A DNA stretch of 64,000 bases from Candidatus Methanoperedenaceae archaeon GB37 (GTDB taxonomy: Archaea > Halobacteriota > Methanosarcinia > Methanosarcinales > EX4572-44), in NCBI GenBank assembly GCA_905171695.1, contig LR991653.1, positions 26,258 through 90,257 of the forward strand, written 5' to 3'. The notes beneath the pieces were generated by a model. The model made no database searches. It had not been told where the DNA came from and saw only the letters and a program-made list of their open reading frames with translations. The translations under genes and the position numbers were made by a program. Positions 58,126 to 64,000 of this stretch are shown here, piece by piece (within the stretch, counting starts at the first letter, position 1; every line of letters begins with the position of its first letter).

Positions 58126-59165
58126 GGTTTTGGGACATAATTTATCTCGCCCTGGTTGCAAACAGGTTGTGCCAGAGTCTGATAGCAGACAGATCCATTT
58201 CTATTCTATTTTCTCTTTTTTGCTTGATCAACTATCTAGATCTTCTTTTGTCTGCTGAAAAACCTGATTCGCTTGAATTTTTCTTGGAGTATCTCTTTAG
58301 AAACTTATAGGCTTATAGGGGGGCCTCAATAATCCTATTCTGTATTCTGGAGAGATTTTTCTTTGGAATGAGAGATAAGCAGCAGTTTCCTTATCAAATA
58401 ACTTTAAAGTCTTTTTTGTGCTGTAATATTTGTCCAGGGAGATAGAATTCGTCTTTACTCCTATGTCTTGGAGCATCTTTATTGCTTTGTTGAATGCATC
58501 TTTCTCTGATCTGTTAGAATAGCCAAGACCAACGTGCATTCCTGTATCAATGTCTATTATCTTGAAAACGTATTTGAAGTCCTTGTCTTTCTTTTTAGGG
58601 TTGGTTCTGTAGTGCTTTGTAACAATTAGGCTGTATCCAGTTCCATTTCCTGCAAACTCGCCTGAGATGCCTTCATCTTTGAGTAAAAGAATGAATAGGT
58701 TGTGCAGAGCGAGCTTGAGTTCTTCATCTGCAATACAGTCTTTCTATCGTTTTGTAGCTTACTTTGAGACCAAACAAAGGCTCAAACGACTCCAATAATT
58801 CTTCTACATCCCTGTTTGATCTGTTCACAAGTCTTGCAAAGAGGAATAGCATAACTCTCTTCTCCAGATCAATTTCCTTTGGTTTGTCAGCTTTTTTCTG
58901 AATGCTGATCATCGCAAGAGCATCCCTAACATATTCTGGAAGCTTTCTCAGTCTTTTCTTAACGAGTTCTCTCTTCTTTTCCCATTCAGCATAGGGGTAC
59001 TTCTTTTTCTTTTCTTTCTTTGTTACTCTAAATTCTAGGTTCATATTCAGATTTTAACCAAAAAGTATTTAAGTATTTCTATGGATATACTAAAAATATG
59101 AGAAAGATTGAAGTGAAGAAAGGCGATTTTGTCCTGAAAGAAGAAGTCGAAGTTGTTCTCGAGAA
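58126..59165. mobile_element. ISx copy 2: frameshifted transposase (minus strand) plus a truncated DUF2080-type gene (plus strand)
   Basis: It is collinear with 37202-38300 at high identity. The transposase ORFs are 58724..59044 and 58297..59539-side fragment 58297..58539. From 59097 the plus strand reads MRKIEVKKGDFVLKEEVEVVLEKKITLN*. Confidence 0.7.
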
Positions 59166-59336
59166 GAAAATCACACTTAATTGAGTTACTGCTATCTGTT
59201 TTTGTACCATGGCTCGATGGAAGAGAAAAGCTAAATATTATTATCATCGTATACTATTATGGTAATCGTGATAATGATGATGTATATAGTGGATTGGAGT
59301 CAGATGCCTGACTTTTGCTTGCGAAGGTGAGACCTG

Positions 59337-60032
59337 ATGATATCGATCATAGTTCCGACATATAATGAACGGGAGAACATTACAAAGCTGATTCCAAGCG
59401 TTCACAAGACTCTTGAGGAGCACGAGCACGAGATCGTGGTCGTGGATGATAACAGTCCGGATGGAACGGCTAAGATCGTGGAAGAACTCTCAAAAGAGTA
59501 TCCGGTGAATCTCATAGTGCGCAGTGGAAAGCTTGGCTTGGCAAGTGCTATACTCCATGGCTTCTACCATGCCAAGGGCAATATTCTGGGCGTGATAGAC
59601 GCTGACCTCCAACACCCGCCAGAATGTATGAGAGAGCTTGTCGAAGCAACCAGCAATGGGTATGATATCGCCATAGGCAGCAGATACACGGAAAATGGAG
59701 AGATTGCAGGGTGGAGCAGGTTCAGAGCGCTCGTCTCAAGGGTTGCTGTCGCGCTTTCAAAGCCACTGACCGATGTAAAGGATCCTATGAGTGGATATTT
59801 CTTTGTTAAGAGGGGCGTCATTAGAGATGTCTCATTTAAGTCTATCGGTTACAAACTGTTGCTTGAGATACTCGTGAAAGGATCGTGTAATAATGTGAAA
59901 GAGATCCCATACACTTTTAAAGTTAGAGAGAATGGAGAGAGCAAGCTTGGTATCAGAGAATATACCGATTACCTGAAGCTGCTGTGCCACCTCTATAGTT
60001 TCAAGTTGAAAAGGTTATTGCATGGGAGATAA
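59337..60032 (+). CDS. GT2-family glycosyltransferase, dolichyl-phosphate mannose/glucose synthase-like
   Basis: The 231-aa product shows ISIIVPTYNERENI...VVVDDNSPDGT...GVIDADLQHPPE. Confidence 0.85.
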   Translation: MISIIVPTYNERENITKLIPSVHKTLEEHEHEIVVVDDNSPDGTAKIVEELSKEYPVNLIVRSGKLGLASAILHGFYHAKGNILGVIDADLQHPPECMRELVEATSNGYDIAIGSRYTENGEIAGWSRFRALVSRVAVALSKPLTDVKDPMSGYFFVKRGVIRDVSFKSIGYKLLLEILVKGSCNNVKEIPYTFKVRENGESKLGIREYTDYLKLLCHLYSFKLKRLLHGR

Positions 60033-61272
60033 GCTTCTGAGGCATGGAGGTATTATATTCACTGCCTCTATTATTTCGTATTTTTTTGCCTATCTCTTCC
60101 ATTTTTACGTGGCAAGAGCCCTTGGACCTGGAGATTACGGGGTACTTGGTTCGATTCTTTCACTCCTCTACATCTTCTCGGTGCCGAGTATTGTGATAAC
60201 AACAACACTGGCTCAGATCGTGTCAGAAGAGAAGAGTGTGGGAGAATATGGAAGAATAAAATCGATTCTCTTATTGTCAGTGAAGAAGTTGGCGTTCATC
60301 GGCTCAATTATTTTTATAATCATAATATTATTAAGTTCTTTTCTTAAAGTCGTGTTGGATCTGCCCACCACGATCCCCATACTCACACTGGGCTTCTCCC
60401 TGATCTTCATAACGATCCTCCCCTCACCACGTGGCGTACTCCAGGGCATCCAGAACTTCACAAGCCTAGGGTTCAACATGGCAATAGAGAAGCCAGCCCT
60501 CTTACTCTTCGCTCTTCTCTTCATCCATATCGGAATGGGCGTGAACGGCGCAATACTATCATATGGCACTGCAGCGATTGTGATCCTCATACTTGCATTC
60601 TTACCATTAAAATCGATACTGAGAGAAGAAAGCGAACGTGTCAACGTATCCATCTACCCCTATGCCGCCCCCATCTTCATACTGATACTATGTATAACGA
60701 TCATGAGCAGCATCGATATCCTCTTTGTGAGAAAAGACTTTCCTCCAGAAGTATCAGGTTACTTCACAGCGATGAAGATGCTGGGCCAGGTAATCTACTT
60801 CTCATCGATCGCACTTGGAGGCGTACTCCTCCCCAAAGTAAGTGAGCTAAACATTTCAAATAAGAAACACGACTTTTTACTGAGAAAAACTCTTATCTAC
60901 TTTGGAATCATCCTTGCAACAGTCATCTCCACCTACGCTCTTGCACCCCAACTCATAATAACCACGCTCTTTGGAGAGAATTACGCCCCAATATCCAGGT
61001 ACCTTGTATGGTATGCCATCACGACCGGGCTACTCTCCACCGCAATCATCTTCATGTTTTATGACGTATCTCTGAAAAGAACTGCATTCAGATATCCTCT
61101 AACCTTACTCACACCGATACAGACTCTGCTGCTGATAATCTTTCATGAAACCCTTGATCAAGTAATCATCGTGCAGGCAGCAACATTCACCACGCTTTTA
61201 GTAGCTGTAATAATCGTAAACAGACGATATAATGGCTATTTAAGGAAAGACCAACAGGTTTTATGCGAATGA
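60022..61272 (+). CDS. Polysaccharide/oligosaccharide flippase (MOP/Wzx-like) membrane protein
   Basis: The 416-aa product has about 12 hydrophobic helices. Its start overlaps the end of the GT2 gene. Confidence 0.6.
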   Translation: MGDKLLRHGGIIFTASIISYFFAYLFHFYVARALGPGDYGVLGSILSLLYIFSVPSIVITTTLAQIVSEEKSVGEYGRIKSILLLSVKKLAFIGSIIFIIIILLSSFLKVVLDLPTTIPILTLGFSLIFITILPSPRGVLQGIQNFTSLGFNMAIEKPALLLFALLFIHIGMGVNGAILSYGTAAIVILILAFLPLKSILREESERVNVSIYPYAAPIFILILCITIMSSIDILFVRKDFPPEVSGYFTAMKMLGQVIYFSSIALGGVLLPKVSELNISNKKHDFLLRKTLIYFGIILATVISTYALAPQLIITTLFGENYAPISRYLVWYAITTGLLSTAIIFMFYDVSLKRTAFRYPLTLLTPIQTLLLIIFHETLDQVIIVQAATFTTLLVAVIIVNRRYNGYLRKDQQVLCE

Positions 61273-61721
61273 AAACAGTTCATGAGCCTCGATAGAAATT
61301 CGATAGAAATGGCTCACTGCTCCAAATCCACAGCAGATATACATAATTTTATCTTTGCCTTTCATCTAAATATATAGTATCAGACCAAACATTTTTAACT
61401 AGTAGGTACAATTTACCTGTATGGGACGAAGACCTGAAAGAAAGGTTGTTAGATGGCTAACTTTGGAAGTAATGAGAAAGTCAAAAGCGGATGATAAAAA
61501 CGAATAAAATCGCCACTACGCTTAACAGAGCGTATCTAGCTACGGTTAACGTCTTCGCCCAAATTCCCCTTTGGAACTTCAGATACGCTCCAGCCGTTAA
61601 GTGAGACGTTTTGTTGTATTTCAAGATCGATTTGGATTTATCACTCAACAGAACCCCTGAACATAATCTATTTGTAGTGGCGTGGGTGATGATAGGCCGT
61701 TTTGTTCCTGGGGTTGATCTG

Positions 61722-62042
61722 ATGTTTGTGAGTCTCGAGGAGATCTGTGAGAGTGAGCCCATCCCAGGGTTCAGGGTGCGGTCTGTGAACACTCGGTTCA
61801 TGACTCTTGCGTACTGGGTGGTTGGGGCTGGTTCGGTTCTGCCTTTGCATCGACATCCGCATGAGCAGGTTATGAATGTGGTTGAGGGTGTGTTTGAGTT
61901 GACGGTTGGGGATGTTACGCAGCGGCTTGAGTCTGGTGTGGTTGCGATCATTCCTCCTGATGCTCCTCATTGTGGGCGGGCGATAACGGATTGTTCGATT
62001 ATAGATGTTTTTTATCCGATAAGAGAGGATTTTGTTCGGTAG
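61722..62042 (+). CDS. Cupin-domain protein
   Basis: This is ORF 61611..62042 trimmed to MFVSLEEI.... The sequence GSVLPLHRHPHEQVMNVVEGVFELTVGD...IPPDAPHCG is a cupin_2 metal-site pattern. Confidence 0.7.
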   Translation: MFVSLEEICESEPIPGFRVRSVNTRFMTLAYWVVGAGSVLPLHRHPHEQVMNVVEGVFELTVGDVTQRLESGVVAIIPPDAPHCGRAITDCSIIDVFYPIREDFVR

Positions 62043-62724
62043 GTTTTGGTTTTATCTCTATTTTTGTTGCTATTTTGCGTTTACATAGGGCGTTTGCGTT
62101 TATATTTGGTAGGGCTGCGATGTCGTCTCGTTTCAGAGTGTAGTCGCGCATGTCGATCCCTCTGAATCGCGGTATCTCCTGCATTGCTCGGATAACGACA
62201 TATTCAATCTTCTGGGTTTCTTTGCTTCTCTCCTCCCTTCTCTCTCCCTTACCTTCTCCACTCTCTCTCCCTTCTCTGATCAATATCTCTCTTCTCTCTT
62301 CTCTCGTTTCTCTATTACCTTCTTCCTTCTCTGGTTCTGATCTGGCCTCTTTCTCATAGACTCTTTCGAATATTCTCTTGCGGTATGATGCTATTATGTT
62401 TTTTATCTCGTGGTACAGCTTTTTTTCTTCTCGTGTTAGGTTTGTCAGGTTAAACTCTGTTTTATCATCGGTTTGAAGTGCTGCTTTTCGTACGATCTTC
62501 CACATTCTAAGTTCAAAGAGTTTTTCGAGCTGGTTTTTTACATTTTCCAGATCGCGTTCGATGATCTTGTACTTTGCACCGCCCCTCTCACTATCTTCAA
62601 GTTCTCTTTTGAGATTCCTTATGAGCCTCTCTGCCTCTTGGTAGAACTCGTCTTCCAGGCGTGGTAGTTTTGAGCTCTTCTTCTCTTCTCTCACGGCATC
62701 GTCAATCTCTCTCCTACTGATCAT
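61999..62724 (-). CDS. gins51: GINS subunit Gins51 (Gins15) with a charged low-complexity insertion
   Basis: This is ORF 61999..62826 trimmed to MISRREIDD... at 62724. The sequence has LPRLEDEFYQEAERLIRNLK...LFELRMWKIVRKA (A domain) and YVVIRAMQEIPRFRGIDMRDYTLKRDDIAALPNINANALCKRKIA (B domain). It lies immediately downstream of priS and overlaps it, a conserved archaeal gene order. Confidence 0.75.
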   Translation of the reverse strand: MISRREIDDAVREEKKSSKLPRLEDEFYQEAERLIRNLKRELEDSERGGAKYKIIERDLENVKNQLEKLFELRMWKIVRKAALQTDDKTEFNLTNLTREEKKLYHEIKNIIASYRKRIFERVYEKEARSEPEKEEGNRETREERREILIREGRESGEGKGERREERSKETQKIEYVVIRAMQEIPRFRGIDMRDYTLKRDDIAALPNINANALCKRKIATKIEIKPKPTEQNPLLSDKKHL

Positions 62725-63847
62725 ACTCGCACATACCTCTGCACATTCCATATATTGCTGCATACTCGGGAAGCTCGCACTTTCCCTCCCTTGCTGTGAA
62801 TCGTTCTTCACGCATGGTGATCTCAAAGGCTTTGGTGCAGATCACATTGACTGGCTGGCTTGTGAATGCCAGGGCATCGGTGAGCGGGTTGAACTCTTCG
62901 AGCTTCTCCATTTCTACTGGCGTTACGACGAGTCCGCTTCCGCCGTGGAGGCTTGATGGCAGGCGGATCAGTCGTCTCACATCTGTTGTCACTGGTTCGT
63001 CAGTCTCGCGGCGCAGTAGACTGATTCCAGCCGACTCGATGATGCTTTCAGCAACAGGCTTCAACGCGACGTTCTGTTCAAAACCACTGTGTAGTCGAAA
63101 ATACGCTTCAATCTCTCTTGGCGTATTGTATCCATACAATTTACTCATTATTCTCTGGCTCCTCTGCCTACCGATCTCATCGAAGCTCTGGAGTTTTTTA
63201 GTGGCTTCGTTCCTATCCATCGAGAATCGAAGATCGCAAAAGAAGTCCAGCAGTTCTGTTGAGATGCGTCTGCTCCACGTCGAGACATCCTTGAAGACCG
63301 TTCTGTGGTCAAATCCAGTCACTGTGAGATAGTCCACAATCTCCCGGCGCGCTCCACTCTCAAGTGAATGGACGGCAGTATCGTAGATATGGATATGGTA
63401 ACCTCTGCTACCTGAGAAGACGACCTCGAGGTCACGGGTGGAGATCCCAAGATCCTCCACCAGCAACTCCAAAAGCCGTATCGTCTCTCTCTTAACAAGC
63501 TCAAGCATCTCTTCAAAGCCCTCACCCTTCCTCTTCAAGTGATCGGCATCAAGATCGAAGATCAGATCAGCACCCTGCCAGCCCTTATCGATCATGCTAT
63601 GCGCAGCAGGGTACTCATAGTACGCGGTAGAGTAAAATACGTGTGCAGGGACCATTCCGCCAAGGTACTCCGCAACCTCGCCCTCCGCCCCGAAAGCCTT
63701 GTGGCGGCGCATGCGAACCTCTGGAAGATGATCGAACATGATAAAGCCCCACTCCCGCCTATCAAACGATGGTGGTAGGCGCAGACTGCACCTGGTATAG
63801 TATTCTCTGAACTTCATCTGGAGAAACTGCTTCGTCCGAAAGTTCAT
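62714..63847 (-). CDS. priS: DNA primase small (catalytic) subunit PriS
   Basis: The 377-aa product shows REWGFIMFD...RRHKAF...DLIFDLDADHL...VVFSGSRGYHIHIYD. Confidence 0.9.
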   Translation of the reverse strand: MNFRTKQFLQMKFREYYTRCSLRLPPSFDRREWGFIMFDHLPEVRMRRHKAFGAEGEVAEYLGGMVPAHVFYSTAYYEYPAAHSMIDKGWQGADLIFDLDADHLKRKGEGFEEMLELVKRETIRLLELLVEDLGISTRDLEVVFSGSRGYHIHIYDTAVHSLESGARREIVDYLTVTGFDHRTVFKDVSTWSRRISTELLDFFCDLRFSMDRNEATKKLQSFDEIGRQRSQRIMSKLYGYNTPREIEAYFRLHSGFEQNVALKPVAESIIESAGISLLRRETDEPVTTDVRRLIRLPSSLHGGSGLVVTPVEMEKLEEFNPLTDALAFTSQPVNVICTKAFEITMREERFTAREGKCELPEYAAIYGMCRGMCEYDQ

Positions 63848-64000
63848 AACTCCCCTCTATGATGGTACAGGCTTATGAAACTTACAGAGGGAAGAGAGAA
63901 GTCGAAGAACGTGTTGGCGAGATTATGCTCGGAGATTATGGACGGGGAGGTGAACCCTGGGTTGATTAGTGCTTCTGACCTCCACCCATAGGTCCAGACA

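Noticed and set aside
29180-59320. A possible CRISPR array among the many repeated sequences in the accessory regions.
   Set aside because: Every repeat I traced is a dispersed IS copy or IS terminus hundreds of bp long. I found no short direct repeats regularly spaced by unique spacers anywhere in the window.
63848-64000. Short plus-strand ORFs at the right edge of the window (for example MKLTEGREKSKNVLARLCSEIMDGEVNPGLISASDLHP).
   Set aside because: They are under 40 codons and have no recognisable motif. The interval is more likely the priS promoter region, and it is too close to the window edge to judge.

Overview
This is a 64-kb chromosomal segment of a euryarchaeon. Gene content suggests a methane-metabolising Methanosarcinales/ANME-type lineage, but that is inference, not a database result. 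The supporting genes are an archaeal ribosomal operon carrying the RNase P protein gene rnp1, RFC, PriS plus GINS, archaeal-type AroA'/AroB', F420-dependent sulfite reductase (Fsr), Hdr-like proteins, a methanogenesis-marker-14-like protein, and futalosine-pathway MqnD next to a UbiA prenyltransferase.

Core content in window order: the rpl24-to-rpl3 operon (1-6113, minus strand); an orphan four-PAS + STAS sensor; rfcS; a six-gene translationally coupled Fe-S operon (10116-16479); hom plus an ACT protein; a PAC2-like protein; Thg1; Lrp divergent from fsr; mqnD-thiL-ubiA; hisB; hemL; lig; nfi; uvrC-uvrA; purM; aroB'-aroA'; tRNA-His; queC; a GT2 glycosyltransferase plus a flippase; a cupin; and gins51-priS.

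Four visibly AT-rich accessory patches interrupt this core, at about 29.2-32.3 kb, 37.2-39.3 kb, 45.1-48.7 kb and 51.6-59.3 kb. They consist almost entirely of nested, mostly dead insertion sequences: two IS630 types, at least two IS5-like types, an IS with a divergent DUF2080 gene, an IS4-like element and one apparently intact IS1634-like element. They also hold relics of defence or surface genes: an HsdR fragment, a ParB-like pseudogene, a VPXXXP-CTERM surface-protein tail and a Cas4-like nuclease.

The best candidate for an undescribed system is the six-gene operon at 10116-16479. It encodes a SPASM radical-SAM enzyme, an orphan protein, a NadA (quinolinate synthase) paralog, HdrC-like and HdrB-like proteins, and an HdrA-like protein with a cysteine-less MvhD-like tail.

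No CRISPR array and no rRNA gene were seen. Mobile-element coordinates are approximate. All calls rest on reading the translations; no searches were run.
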